Shown here: in pieces, positions 29,367 through 39,296 of the stretch
Numbering within the stretch: the stretch's first letter is position 1
Layout: every line of letters starts with the position of its first letter
Assembly: GCA_035573655.1 (NCBI GenBank)
Contig: DATMAC010000107.1
Location: 1-56,656 of the forward strand
Source of the DNA: Thermoflexus sp.
GTDB taxonomy: Bacteria > Chloroflexota > Anaerolineae > Thermoflexales > Thermoflexaceae
Direction of reading: 5' to 3'
Length of the DNA: 56,656 bases
The notes under the pieces: generated by a model
The model's input: the letters and a program-made list of their open reading frames with translations, nothing else
Told to the model about the DNA's origin: nothing
The model's database searches: none
Made by a program: the position numbers and the translations under genes

Positions 29367-30044
29367 ATGCGCCGGCGGATTCAGCCGATGCCCCAGCGAC
29401 CATCCCCTGAACTCCTGGAGGGCTTCCGGGAGCTTCTGAAGATCTATAGCCCATCCTGTGTGGTGGCGGATTCAATGGAGCGGGATGGGGTGATGCACTC
29501 CAGCCTGAAGCCGGTCTTCCCCTGTCGGTTCGTTGGACCCGCGTTGACCGTGAAGCTCTTCCCGGGAGATCTGGTGGACTGCCTGGATGCCCTGGCTGTC
29601 GCTCAGGCGGGAGATGTCATCGTGGTGAGCGCGGGTGGGGAAACGGAGACCTCCGTATGGGGCGGCCTCATGGCGGGCCTCTGCAAGCAAAAAGGCGTCG
29701 TAGGGGCCGTTGTGGACGGAGCGATCCGGGATATCGATGAAATTCGCGATTTGGGGTTTCCGATCTTCTCTCGCGCGGTGGTCCCTCGCTCCACGCATTC
29801 GCCATACTCCGGGCGACTAGAGCCCATCGAGGTAAACGTTCCGATCATCTGCGGCGGTGTGCTCGTCCGCCCAGGAGATTTGGTCCTCGCGGATGAAATC
29901 GGCGTGGTGGTAATCCCTCTGGAGGAAGCCGCTGAGATCCTGACGCGGGCCCGGCAACAGGCCGAAAAGGAGGAAGCAACCCGTCAGTGGATCCGTGCAG
30001 GTAAGACAGTGGAAGAGATCCTGCAAGCTTTCGGCCGCCTGTAA
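29367..30044 (+). CDS. RraA-family / 4-hydroxy-4-methyl-2-oxoglutarate aldolase-like protein
   Basis: GPALTV, WGGLM, VDGAIRD and PGDLV.AD..GVV; AAGGAGG RBS. Confidence 0.85.
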   Translation: MRRRIQPMPQRPSPELLEGFRELLKIYSPSCVVADSMERDGVMHSSLKPVFPCRFVGPALTVKLFPGDLVDCLDALAVAQAGDVIVVSAGGETETSVWGGLMAGLCKQKGVVGAVVDGAIRDIDEIRDLGFPIFSRAVVPRSTHSPYSGRLEPIEVNVPIICGGVLVRPGDLVLADEIGVVVIPLEEAAEILTRARQQAEKEEATRQWIRAGKTVEEILQAFGRL

Positions 30045-30060
30045 TAGAAAGGAGGAGAAC

Positions 30061-31629
30061 ATGAAGAAGGCACACCATCAGCTGACGCGTCGCGAGTTCC
30101 TGAAAGCCGCGGGGCTTGCAGCAGCTGGAGGTCTGTTGAGCACTTGTGCCCCAGCCCCGACCCCGACCCCAGCGGCCCCCGCCACCCCTGCACCGGGCAC
30201 GCCTGTGCCCCGCGTGGAAGGCGCCACCCCGGAGGAGCGTGCATTGAACGGGATTAAGGCGCTGAAGGCGGCCGGCAAGATCAAAGACGGTGATACCTTT
30301 GTAATCCTTCACCACTCCGGCCAGCGCAACAATATTGTCCCTGCCCTTGAGGAGTGGAATCGGCTCACCGGCCTGAACTTCGTCAGCGCGGAGGAAGGCC
30401 TGGAAGCCAACATCTACACCAAGGTGATGAATGAGGCAGTCACTCGGACGGGAAGCTATGACATCTTCCTCACCTTCGTGAACTGGATCGCTGACATGGC
30501 GGAGGCCGGTCTGATCGTCGATCAGACGGAGTGGTGGGAGAAGTACGACCCCGAGGTTGATCACGGTCCGAACGCATACGTGCCACCGATCGATCGCTTC
30601 ACCTCCCTCTACAAAGGTCGCCGCTATGCGATGGGTGCCGATAATGATACTTTCTCAATGTTCTATCGTAAAGATCTGATGGAAAACCCCGACGAGCAGA
30701 AGCGATTTGAGGACAAGTTCGGACGCAAACTGGAGGTTCCCAAGACGTGGGAGGAGTTCGATCAATGGGTGGCCTTCTTCGACCGCCCGGATCAGGGCAT
30801 GCGGGGCGTTCACATGTACGCGGAACGTTACTTCGCCTACACCGGATGGGCCGCTCGCTTTATCTCCCGCGGTGGCGCTTATTTTGACGACAACATGGAT
30901 CCCCTGATCACCTCGGAAGAAGGCGTCACAGCCTTGGAGGAGATGGTCCGTCTGATCCAGAACCACGCCTGGCCGGATGCCGTGACCGGCGACTGGTCGG
31001 TGGCCTACACCCGCTTCCCCGAAGGCTCCGTTTTCTGCGCCTGGGCATGGCCTTCCCTGGGCAAGTGGGCGCAGGACCCCAAGACCTCCAAGATCGTGGG
31101 CAAAGTGGGGGCGATGGAGATCCCAGGGACGATCCACGATGGCGAGCTGGTCCGGGCGGTACCGCATGTGGTTGGGTGGAGCTTCAGCATCTCCCGCTAC
31201 AGCAAATCCCCTGAAGCTTGTTACTGCTTCATTCAGTGGTTCTGCGGCCCTAAGACCGGGTTGGATGCCATCGCCCGCGTAGGGACGCTGGATATCTTCC
31301 GTCAACCCTGGTTCAATGAGCCCAAGATGAAGGAGGCCTACGGAGCGGAGTTCCTACCGGTGCTACTGGCCAACTCCAAGAACGCCTTTCCGGACATCTC
31401 CCTGCGCGGCGCAAATGAATATCTAGATAAGCTTAATCTCCATCTCCAGCAAGCTTTCGCCGGCCAAAAGAAGCCGGAACAGGCGCTCAAAGATGCGGCC
31501 GACGAATGGCAGAAGATCACGGACCGGCTGGGACGGCTGAGCCAGATCGAGGCCTGGCGGCAGGAGCGCAAGAACTACCCTGAGCCGATCCAGCGCCTCT
31601 GGCGGAAGAAGGGCATTTTTAAGGACTGA
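30061..31629 (+). CDS. Sugar-type ABC substrate-binding protein, Tat lipoprotein
   Basis: TRREFLK Tat motif, LSTC lipobox-like site, P/T/A linker, FYRKDL...PKTWEE; AAGGAGGAG RBS. Confidence 0.88.
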   Translation: MKKAHHQLTRREFLKAAGLAAAGGLLSTCAPAPTPTPAAPATPAPGTPVPRVEGATPEERALNGIKALKAAGKIKDGDTFVILHHSGQRNNIVPALEEWNRLTGLNFVSAEEGLEANIYTKVMNEAVTRTGSYDIFLTFVNWIADMAEAGLIVDQTEWWEKYDPEVDHGPNAYVPPIDRFTSLYKGRRYAMGADNDTFSMFYRKDLMENPDEQKRFEDKFGRKLEVPKTWEEFDQWVAFFDRPDQGMRGVHMYAERYFAYTGWAARFISRGGAYFDDNMDPLITSEEGVTALEEMVRLIQNHAWPDAVTGDWSVAYTRFPEGSVFCAWAWPSLGKWAQDPKTSKIVGKVGAMEIPGTIHDGELVRAVPHVVGWSFSISRYSKSPEACYCFIQWFCGPKTGLDAIARVGTLDIFRQPWFNEPKMKEAYGAEFLPVLLANSKNAFPDISLRGANEYLDKLNLHLQQAFAGQKKPEQALKDAADEWQKITDRLGRLSQIEAWRQERKNYPEPIQRLWRKKGIFKD

Positions 31630-31639
31630 GTTCGATATA

Positions 31640-31665
31640 GGGAGCCGGGCTCCTGCCCGGCTCCC
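31640..31665 (+). terminator. Hairpin after the SBP gene (mRNA stabiliser or attenuator)
   Basis: GGGAGCCGGGC-TCCT-GCCCGGCTCCC 11-bp stem with no U tract. Confidence 0.55.
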
Positions 31666-31685
31666 GATCCGTCGCAGGAGGGGAA

Positions 31686-32603
31686 ATGCAGCGTCGGATG
31701 CGCTGGATCCAGTGGTTGAATGATGAGCGCTGGATGGGGCAGTTGCTGATTCTCCCCATGCAGCTGCTGATCTGGTTCGTTCTCATCATCCCCATGCTCA
31801 TCGTCATCTATCTGAGTTTGGTATCCTGGCAGCCGATCATGGGGGTGGATTGGTGGCAAGCGCCATTCGCTGGTTTAAGGAATTACGCGCAAGCCCTTCA
31901 GGATCAGCGTTTCCTGACCGCTCTGGGTCGAACCATCGGTCTGGTCCTGGTCGCTGTGGGTATGGAGTTCCTCTTGGGGTTGGCTCTTGCGATCTTTTTC
32001 CATCAGCAGGAATTCCCCGGCAAGCGCCTTTTCGCTTCGATCATTCTCTATCCGATGATGCTACCGTGGGTTGTTGTGGGGCTATGTTTCTATCTGCTCT
32101 TCCTGGATAAGGGCCCGGTCAATTACATCCTCATTAGCCTGTTTGGGCCAGGGGCTTCCGTCCAGTGGTATCAAAATCCAGTTCTGGCCCTGATGACTAT
32201 CGCCTTGGCGGATGTTTGGCAGTGGACTCCATTCATGTTCCTGGTTATCTACTCCGGATTGGGAGCTCTCCCTCCGGAGCCCATCGAGGCCGCGATGACC
32301 TTAGGAGCTAGCCGGTGGCAGATCTTCCGCTATATCGTCTTCCCTATGCTGAAACCTGTGTTGATGATCGCCCTAATCATACGTGCGTTGGAGGCCTTCA
32401 AGATCTTCGATCTGGTCTACATCATGACGGGAGGTGGACCAGGAACCTCGACTGAGAGCCTCTCTTTGTATCTTTATCGAACCGGATTTGTCTACGGACA
32501 GCTCTCTTATGCGGCCGCGATGGCCTTGCTCATCCTGATCTTGGTTGCCGTGATCGCTCGATTGGCCGTCCGACCGTTGGAAGCGGAGCTGGAAGCCCGA
32601 TAA
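31686..32603 (+). CDS. Carbohydrate ABC permease
   Basis: ADVWQWTPF and EAA..LGA EAA loop. Confidence 0.92.
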   Translation: MQRRMRWIQWLNDERWMGQLLILPMQLLIWFVLIIPMLIVIYLSLVSWQPIMGVDWWQAPFAGLRNYAQALQDQRFLTALGRTIGLVLVAVGMEFLLGLALAIFFHQQEFPGKRLFASIILYPMMLPWVVVGLCFYLLFLDKGPVNYILISLFGPGASVQWYQNPVLALMTIALADVWQWTPFMFLVIYSGLGALPPEPIEAAMTLGASRWQIFRYIVFPMLKPVLMIALIIRALEAFKIFDLVYIMTGGGPGTSTESLSLYLYRTGFVYGQLSYAAAMALLILILVAVIARLAVRPLEAELEAR

Positions 32604-32613
32604 GGGGGAAGCG

Positions 32614-33480
32614 ATGTCTAACCGCATCTGGGTTTCCTGGTTAACCCGGTGGGGAATCGTCCTGATTGTGAGCCTGATCACTTTGGCCCCCGTCATCTGG
32701 GTGCTTTCCCTTTCCTTTAAGCCGCCCCAGGAATGGCTGGCTTACCCACCTACTCTGATCCCGAGGCAACCCACGTTTGAGAATTATCTGGTTTTGTTCT
32801 GGCCCGGGAACCCCGTGGGCGTGGTCAGTGAAATGGTCCGCACCGCCGAACCGGTCACCCGCGCCTTCTTGAACAGCCTGCTCATCGTTCCGATCTCTAC
32901 AGCGCTCTCCATCACCATCGGGTTTCTGGCCGCATATGGGATCTCCCGTTTCGGCGCGGGCGGAAACTTCCTGCCTTTCTCCGTCCTGACCACACGGATG
33001 TTCCCGCCTATTGCTTTCGCCGTTCCCTTGCTGGTCTACTATCGATCCCTCGGCCTCATCGATACCCATCTGGGATTGATCTTGATGTATACAACCTTCA
33101 CGCTGGCCTTCTCCCTCTGGATGATCAAGGGCTTCATTGATGGCGTGCCCCGTCATATTGAGGAGGCAGCGATCCTGGATGGGGCCTCGCGTTGGCGCGT
33201 CATGTTCACGATCACCCTTCCCTTGATCCGGGGAGGCCTCGCTGCCGCTGCGCTCTTCGTGTTCATCATGAACTGGACAGAGTTCCTTTTCGCGCTGGTC
33301 TTCACCTCACGTTTCGCCGTAACCTTGCCGGTCCAGGTCAGCCGGTACGCCGGAGCCGTAGGACGCTACTACGGCCCCCAGGCAGCTCTGGGCATCGTCG
33401 CATCTATACCTGTTCTAGTCGCTGGCTATCTCATTCAACGCTACCTTGTCCGTGCCTTCACTTTCGGATTGGTTAAATAG
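32614..33480 (+). CDS. Carbohydrate ABC permease
   Basis: IEEAAILDGA EAA loop and WTEFLFA. Confidence 0.92.
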   Translation: MSNRIWVSWLTRWGIVLIVSLITLAPVIWVLSLSFKPPQEWLAYPPTLIPRQPTFENYLVLFWPGNPVGVVSEMVRTAEPVTRAFLNSLLIVPISTALSITIGFLAAYGISRFGAGGNFLPFSVLTTRMFPPIAFAVPLLVYYRSLGLIDTHLGLILMYTTFTLAFSLWMIKGFIDGVPRHIEEAAILDGASRWRVMFTITLPLIRGGLAAAALFVFIMNWTEFLFALVFTSRFAVTLPVQVSRYAGAVGRYYGPQAALGIVASIPVLVAGYLIQRYLVRAFTFGLVK

Positions 33481-33482
33481 CC

Positions 33483-34604
33483 ATGGCCCGCGAAGGACAA
33501 ATTCTGATCCGTCTCGAAAACATCACCAAGGAATTCAACGGAACCATCGCCGTCCGCGATCTCAATTTAGAGATTTGGGAAGGCGAGTTCCTGTGTTTCC
33601 TGGGTCCATCGGGGTGCGGGAAGACCACAACATTGCGCATGATCGCCGGCCTAGAGCGACCCACGCGGGGGGAGATTTATCTGCGGGATCAGCGGATCAC
33701 GGATTGGCCTCCACAACGGCGCAACATCGGCTTCATGTTTCAGAACTACGCGCTCTTCAACCATATGTCGGTTTATGAAAACCTTGCCTTCGGCCTATGG
33801 GTTCGGCGCGTCCCCAGGGAAGAGATCGAGCGCCGGGTGCGATCGGTCGCTCAGGCTCTTGAGTTGGAACCCGTGTTGCATCTCCGGGCCTCTCGCCTCG
33901 ATCTCAGCACCATGCAACGGGTGGCCTTGGCCCGTATCCTGGTGATTGAACCTCAGGTGCTGCTTCTGGATGAGCCCCTGAACAACTTCCGCCCTGGGCT
34001 GCGCGAATTAATGCGGGCGGAGTTGAAACGTTGGCAATATCAATTCGGGCGCACCATGGTCTACGTGACCCATGATCAGGAAGAGGCCCTGACCCTTGGG
34101 GATCGTATTGTGGTTATGAATGCCGGGCATATCGAACAGGTGGGAACCCCGGACGAGGTGTATCAACGTCCAGCGACCCTCTTCGTGGCCAGCTTCATCG
34201 GCCGGCCATCGATGAACCTGCTCCCAGTTGAATATCGGATATCCGAGGGGCGCGCATTCCTGGTCTCCCCCGATTTTGAAATTCCAGTCGACGAACGCCG
34301 CGAGATCATCGAAAAGAGCCGTTCATTACCCAACTTGATCCTCGGGGTTCGACCGGAGCAGCTACGGATCCATGATCCACAAGAATCTTCCCCGCCAGAT
34401 CTCATTCGTATCCCTGCTCAGGTTGATCTGGTCCGACCGCAGGGTCGGAAGTTGATTTTGGATGTGAAAACGCGCAGCGGCGCTCTCCTTCAAATGGTCG
34501 TGCCGAGCATCCGGCGATTCGTTGCCGGAGAGCAGCTGGAAATCGCCTTTTATCCTCATCAAATCCTTCTATTCGATCCACAAACTGGAAAAGGGCTCTG
34601 CTGA
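33483..34604 (+). CDS. MalK-type ABC ATPase with degenerate signature motif
   Basis: GPSGCGKTT, LLDEP and VTHDQ are intact; the signature reads LDLSTMQR. Confidence 0.9.
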   Translation: MAREGQILIRLENITKEFNGTIAVRDLNLEIWEGEFLCFLGPSGCGKTTTLRMIAGLERPTRGEIYLRDQRITDWPPQRRNIGFMFQNYALFNHMSVYENLAFGLWVRRVPREEIERRVRSVAQALELEPVLHLRASRLDLSTMQRVALARILVIEPQVLLLDEPLNNFRPGLRELMRAELKRWQYQFGRTMVYVTHDQEEALTLGDRIVVMNAGHIEQVGTPDEVYQRPATLFVASFIGRPSMNLLPVEYRISEGRAFLVSPDFEIPVDERREIIEKSRSLPNLILGVRPEQLRIHDPQESSPPDLIRIPAQVDLVRPQGRKLILDVKTRSGALLQMVVPSIRRFVAGEQLEIAFYPHQILLFDPQTGKGLC

Positions 34605-35680
34605 TGGCTTCCGTTGAAGTCCGCCAGCTTTATAAGCGTTATGGCCGGATCCAGGCTCTTCAGGGCCTGGATTTCTCAGTGAAAGACGGGGAGTTCTTCT
34701 GCTTGCTGGGGGCTCCAGGAGCAGGGAAAACGACGACGTTCCGCATCATCGCCGGCCTGGAGAAACCCGACAGGGGGGAGATTCGCATCGGCGGGGAGCT
34801 GATGAACGCCATCCCCCCTCAGCAACGCGATGTGGCGATGGTTTTTGAGGACGTCGCCCTTTACCCTCACATGTCCGGGTTTGATAACATCGCTCATCCC
34901 CTTCGTCTGCGCCGATTTCCAGAAGCGGAGATCCGCCAGCGGGTCAGCGAGGTCGCGGAGCTGCTGCGCATCTCCCATCTTCTCCATCGCCTGCCACACA
35001 CCTACAGCGGTGGGGAGCGCCGTCGAGTTGCCATCGCGCGAGCCATGATCCGTCGGCCTCGTGTCTTGCTTTTGGATCAGGCTTTCACCGATCTGGACGC
35101 GAAAATCCGCCAGGAGATGGCTGCCGAACTCAAACGCCTGCAACGAGAGACAGGCCAGACGATGATTTACGCTACCCATGATTTCGAAGAGGCGGTGGCC
35201 ATGGCGGATCGCATCCTGGTGATACGGGATGGACGCGGGATCCAGGTCGATGAGCCCCATGCGCTTTACAATCGCCCGGCCACGACCTTTGTGGCCAGCT
35301 TTTTGGGGAGCCCAGGAATGAACCTGCTCCGTTGCCAGGCGATCCCCGGGCCAGAAGGCACTTGTTTCTCGCGCTCCGAGTTCATGCTTTCTTTTCCGCT
35401 GCGGCTCCAGGAAGAACGGGAAGTCATCCTTGGAATCCGCCCCGAGCATCTCCAAATTCATCTCAACCAGTTCCCGGGAGCCCTGGAAGCGGAGGTTGAG
35501 ATCATCCAGCCCCTGGGCCTGGAGCGCATTGTGGATCTCCGGATTGGGCCACTCGTGTTGAAGGCGATCGTCTCTGCGGATCTGCCCTTACGATTGGGCC
35601 AGAAAGTATGGCTCTCATGGCCTTTTGAGCATCTCTTCGTTTTTGACGCGGAGACCGAGGAACGGATCTATCCAGAGTGA
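34604..35680 (+). CDS. MalK-type ABC ATPase with Walker B E->Q
   Basis: GAPGAGKTT, YSGGE, LLDQ and ATHD. Confidence 0.9.
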   Translation: MASVEVRQLYKRYGRIQALQGLDFSVKDGEFFCLLGAPGAGKTTTFRIIAGLEKPDRGEIRIGGELMNAIPPQQRDVAMVFEDVALYPHMSGFDNIAHPLRLRRFPEAEIRQRVSEVAELLRISHLLHRLPHTYSGGERRRVAIARAMIRRPRVLLLDQAFTDLDAKIRQEMAAELKRLQRETGQTMIYATHDFEEAVAMADRILVIRDGRGIQVDEPHALYNRPATTFVASFLGSPGMNLLRCQAIPGPEGTCFSRSEFMLSFPLRLQEEREVILGIRPEHLQIHLNQFPGALEAEVEIIQPLGLERIVDLRIGPLVLKAIVSADLPLRLGQKVWLSWPFEHLFVFDAETEERIYPE

Positions 35681-35691
35681 AGGAGGCCCCC

Positions 35692-36864
35692 ATGGTGGAC
35701 ACGGCTCGGCGGGAGCGTCTGCTGTCGCTCATGCGAGAAGAGGGATATGATGCCCTGATCTGCCGCCTGCCTGAACATGTAGTCTATCTGACCAACTACT
35801 GGCCCCATCACGGATTCTCTGTTGCGCTTATCACCCGTGAGGGATATGTGGGGCTTCTGGTCCCTGAGATCGAGCAGGATTACACCGATCCGGAGTGGGC
35901 CGAGGTAATCCCCTTCGGGTGGGGGCTTCTTAAGGATGCAGATCTCTACATCTCCTACCGTGAGCACCTGTCCAGGTGGCGTGATCGTCTGGGATTGCAT
36001 CGGTCCATCATCGGGGTCGAACGATCGGCCGAAGTGGTTGCCCCAACGTATCGCCACGCTGAACCAGTAGTACCTGCTGCTCCCTGGCATGAGCTGCTCC
36101 ACGAGATTTTCCCCAATGCCGTGTTAAAAGGAGCCGATGATCTGCTGGCCCGATCTCGCGCGATCAAGACACCTTACGAAATCGAGCGCCTCCGACTCGC
36201 AAATGAGGTCGCTGCGTTAGGCCTCGCCCGGCTGAAAGAATGGGCTGTTCCAGGGCGGACCGAAGCAGAGGTGGGAGCGGCGATTGAGGCGGAGATCCGG
36301 GCCCGGGGAGCAGGCTATCGAGGGGCACGCCTTGTCCGCGCTTCCGCTGAGGTGAGCGCTGGCCCTGAGGGCAGCTATAGGGGTTACTTGCTGGTGCCTT
36401 CAACCCCACGGGTTATCCAAGAGGGCGATTTGGTGATGGTGGAACTGGCCACCGTGGTAGACGGTTACTGGTCTGACCTCACCCGCGTCGTGGTCGCTGG
36501 GGAGCCCAACCCGCGGCAGCGGGAGATCTATGCGTTGGTTCAAAGGGCCCAGCAGGCTGCCATCCAGGCGATGCGCCCCGGAGTACCAGCGGAGGCAGTG
36601 GATGCCGCAGCTCGTAAAGTGATCGAAGAGGCCGGATATGGCACGTATTTCATTCACATCACTGGACATGGCGTGGGCTACCGTTACCATGAGTTCATCC
36701 CATTTCTTGCCCCAGGCGTTCAAACGCCCCTGGAGGCAGGCATGGTCTGCACAGTGGAGCCTGGCGTCTACATCCCCGGATTCGGAGGGATCCGCATTGA
36801 GGACAATGTGGCAGTGACCACCGAGGGGCCTCAGGTCCTCTCCACCGCCGATCGGACGCTTTAG
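35692..36864 (+). CDS. M24 aminopeptidase P-family protein
   Basis: GYWSDLTR, GHGVG, VEPG and RIED; AGGAGG RBS. Confidence 0.88.
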   Translation: MVDTARRERLLSLMREEGYDALICRLPEHVVYLTNYWPHHGFSVALITREGYVGLLVPEIEQDYTDPEWAEVIPFGWGLLKDADLYISYREHLSRWRDRLGLHRSIIGVERSAEVVAPTYRHAEPVVPAAPWHELLHEIFPNAVLKGADDLLARSRAIKTPYEIERLRLANEVAALGLARLKEWAVPGRTEAEVGAAIEAEIRARGAGYRGARLVRASAEVSAGPEGSYRGYLLVPSTPRVIQEGDLVMVELATVVDGYWSDLTRVVVAGEPNPRQREIYALVQRAQQAAIQAMRPGVPAEAVDAAARKVIEEAGYGTYFIHITGHGVGYRYHEFIPFLAPGVQTPLEAGMVCTVEPGVYIPGFGGIRIEDNVAVTTEGPQVLSTADRTL

Positions 36865-36872
36865 GGGGAACC

Positions 36873-37502
36873 ATGGAGCCGATCCAGGCCATCCGGGAAA
36901 GCAGGGCTTTAATCATTATGCGAGGGGAATTCGGGGATCAGCTTGAAGACATCGCTCGCATTTTAGTGGAGGAGGGATTTTTGGCGATCGAGGTGGCCAT
37001 GAATTCCCCGCGTGCATTGGAGCAGATTGCCCGCCTTGCGCTGGCCTTTAAGGATCGCGCGGTCATCGGGGCAGGAACAGTTCTCTTGGTAGAAGAGGCG
37101 CAACGTGCGCTGGAGGCCGGCGCTTGTTTTCTGGTTAGCCCTCACACGGACGAGGCTCTTCTGGCTTTCGGCCGGAAGGTTGGGATCCCTGTCATCCCCG
37201 GGGCTTTCACTCCGTCAGAGATCTGGCGGGCGCATCAGAATGGCGCTGCGATGGTGAAAATCTTCCCGGCTATGCCCAGCGGCCCTGAGTATCTACGAAA
37301 CCTGCGGGGTCCCTTCCCGGAGATCCCTTTTCTCCCAACCGGTGGGATCACTGTCGAGAATGCGGCGGCGTTCCTTCGCGCAGGTGCAATCGCCGTGGGC
37401 ATTGGCAGCGCCCTGGTGAACTCCCAGGTCATCGCCTCCGAGGGCCTGTCCCGATTCCGGGAAACCTGCCGCCGTTTTTCCCGCGCTTTGCGCGAACTTT
37501 AA
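36873..37502 (+). CDS. eda: KDPG/KHG aldolase
   Basis: IEV, GAGTV, FLVSP, VKIFPA and PTGGI. Confidence 0.9.
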   Translation: MEPIQAIRESRALIIMRGEFGDQLEDIARILVEEGFLAIEVAMNSPRALEQIARLALAFKDRAVIGAGTVLLVEEAQRALEAGACFLVSPHTDEALLAFGRKVGIPVIPGAFTPSEIWRAHQNGAAMVKIFPAMPSGPEYLRNLRGPFPEIPFLPTGGITVENAAAFLRAGAIAVGIGSALVNSQVIASEGLSRFRETCRRFSRALREL

Positions 37503-37524
37503 ATCGCTTGTGAGGCGCTGAAAG

Positions 37525-38475
37525 ATGCCGGACGCTGTGACCATTGGTGAAACATTGCTGCGTCTGACTGCGCCGCCCGGATTCGGTTTGGAGCAAACGG
37601 AGATCCTCCGGCTGGAGGTGGCGGGCGCGGAATCCAATGTAGCCATCGGTCTCTCACGATTGGGGATCTCGAGCGGATGGATTTCACGCCTCGTAAATAA
37701 TCCCTTAGGGCGGCGGATTGTGAACAAGATCCGCGAACATGGTGTGGATGTCTCGCGGGTGATCTGGACCTCTGAGGGGCGGGTGGGGCTGTATTATCTG
37801 GAGCTCGGGCAATCCCCTCGCCCCTATCAGGTGATCTACGATCGGGCGGGGTCGGCTTTCTCCCAAATCGATCCCGACGAGGTGGACTGGAACTACGTAC
37901 GTCAGGCCAAGCTCATTCATCTGACAGGAATCACGCCCGCCCTAAGCCCGAATTGCCATCGCTTGGTATGTCGGGCGATCGAGGAGGCACGATCCGCCGG
38001 CCTAAAGGTTTCCTTCGATGTGAATTACCGATCCAAATTATGGCCTCTTGAGGCAGCTCGACAAGCTATCCGGCCGCTTCTCCATGCTGTGGATGTATTG
38101 TTTTGCACCACCCAGGAGGCCACGCAGATCCTTGAAGTGAACGGAGATTCGGAGGTCATGCTGCGCGAGATCGCCCGTCGCCATCCAGGAGCCACCATCG
38201 TGCTAACTCTGGAAGAAGGCGGAGCGCTCCTTTGGCACGAAGGCCAAATCTACATTCAACCTGGTTATCCGCTGGAGCCAATCGATCGGGTGGGCGCAGG
38301 GGATGCCCTGGTGGCCGGTTTCCTCGCCGGCTTCCTTCAAGGTGATCCTCTGCAGGGCTTGGCATATGGTGTGGCCTATGCCGCTTTGAAGCACACCTTC
38401 ATTGGCGACATTGTGTGGTGCAGTCGGTCGGATTTGGAACAATTCCTTCGTAATCGGCATGCTCATTGGCGCTGA
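37525..38475 (+). CDS. kdgK: 2-keto-3-deoxygluconate kinase (PfkB family)
   Basis: AGAESNVA, TGIT.ALS, FDVNYR.KLW and DRVGAGD; adjacent to eda. Confidence 0.8.
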   Translation: MPDAVTIGETLLRLTAPPGFGLEQTEILRLEVAGAESNVAIGLSRLGISSGWISRLVNNPLGRRIVNKIREHGVDVSRVIWTSEGRVGLYYLELGQSPRPYQVIYDRAGSAFSQIDPDEVDWNYVRQAKLIHLTGITPALSPNCHRLVCRAIEEARSAGLKVSFDVNYRSKLWPLEAARQAIRPLLHAVDVLFCTTQEATQILEVNGDSEVMLREIARRHPGATIVLTLEEGGALLWHEGQIYIQPGYPLEPIDRVGAGDALVAGFLAGFLQGDPLQGLAYGVAYAALKHTFIGDIVWCSRSDLEQFLRNRHAHWR

Positions 38476-38497
38476 ACCTTTGAAGGAGGTACTCGCC

Positions 38498-39271
38498 ATG
38501 CGACTGAAAGATAAGGTAGCGATCGTGACCGGGGGAGCGATGGGCATCGGCAAGGGAATCGCCACGGTCTTCGCCCGGGAGGGTGCGAAGGTCGTGATTG
38601 CCGACGTTAACGAAGAGGCTGGACGGGCCACAGAGAAAGAATTGCGCGATCAAGGCTTTGAAGTTTTCTTCGTCCGCTGTGATGTGTCCAATGAAGAGGA
38701 TGTGAAGGCCATGATCCAAAAAACCGTGGAACGTTACGGGGCTCTCCACATCTTAGTCAATAACGCCGGCATCGGCGTCTACAAGAGCATCACCGAGGCG
38801 ACCCGCGAGGAATTCGAACGCTGCCTTGCTGTGAATCTGGTGGGCCCGTTCTTGTGCTCCAAATACGCCATTCCTCATATGAAGGCTTCCGGCGGCGGAA
38901 GCATCATCAACATTGCATCCGTTCACGCTGTTCAGAACGTGGGTGGGACAGCGCCTTATGCCGCTTCGAAGGGCGGGTTGGCCGCTTTGACACGAGCGGC
39001 GGCGATCGATGTCGCGCGGGACAACATCCGGGTGAATGCCATCTGCCCGGGGTGGATCGATACCCCGCTGGTGCGGGGGATCTTTGCCTCCTCCCCAGAT
39101 CCGGAAGGGATGCGCCGGCAGGTGGAGCGACGCCAGCTGCTGGGCCGTCTGGGAACACCGGAGGATGTGGGCTACGCGGCCCTCTTCCTGGCCAGCGAGG
39201 AATCTTCTTATATCACGGGATCCCTGCTCTTCGTCGATGCAGGAATGACCGCTCAGCTAGAGACATGGTGA
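38498..39271 (+). CDS. Classical short-chain dehydrogenase/reductase
   Basis: TGGAMGIG, NNAG, YAASK and VNAICPG. Confidence 0.92.
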   Translation: MRLKDKVAIVTGGAMGIGKGIATVFAREGAKVVIADVNEEAGRATEKELRDQGFEVFFVRCDVSNEEDVKAMIQKTVERYGALHILVNNAGIGVYKSITEATREEFERCLAVNLVGPFLCSKYAIPHMKASGGGSIINIASVHAVQNVGGTAPYAASKGGLAALTRAAAIDVARDNIRVNAICPGWIDTPLVRGIFASSPDPEGMRRQVERRQLLGRLGTPEDVGYAALFLASEESSYITGSLLFVDAGMTAQLETW

Positions 39272-39296
39272 GGGAGGGCGGAAAACCCTTGAGGCC

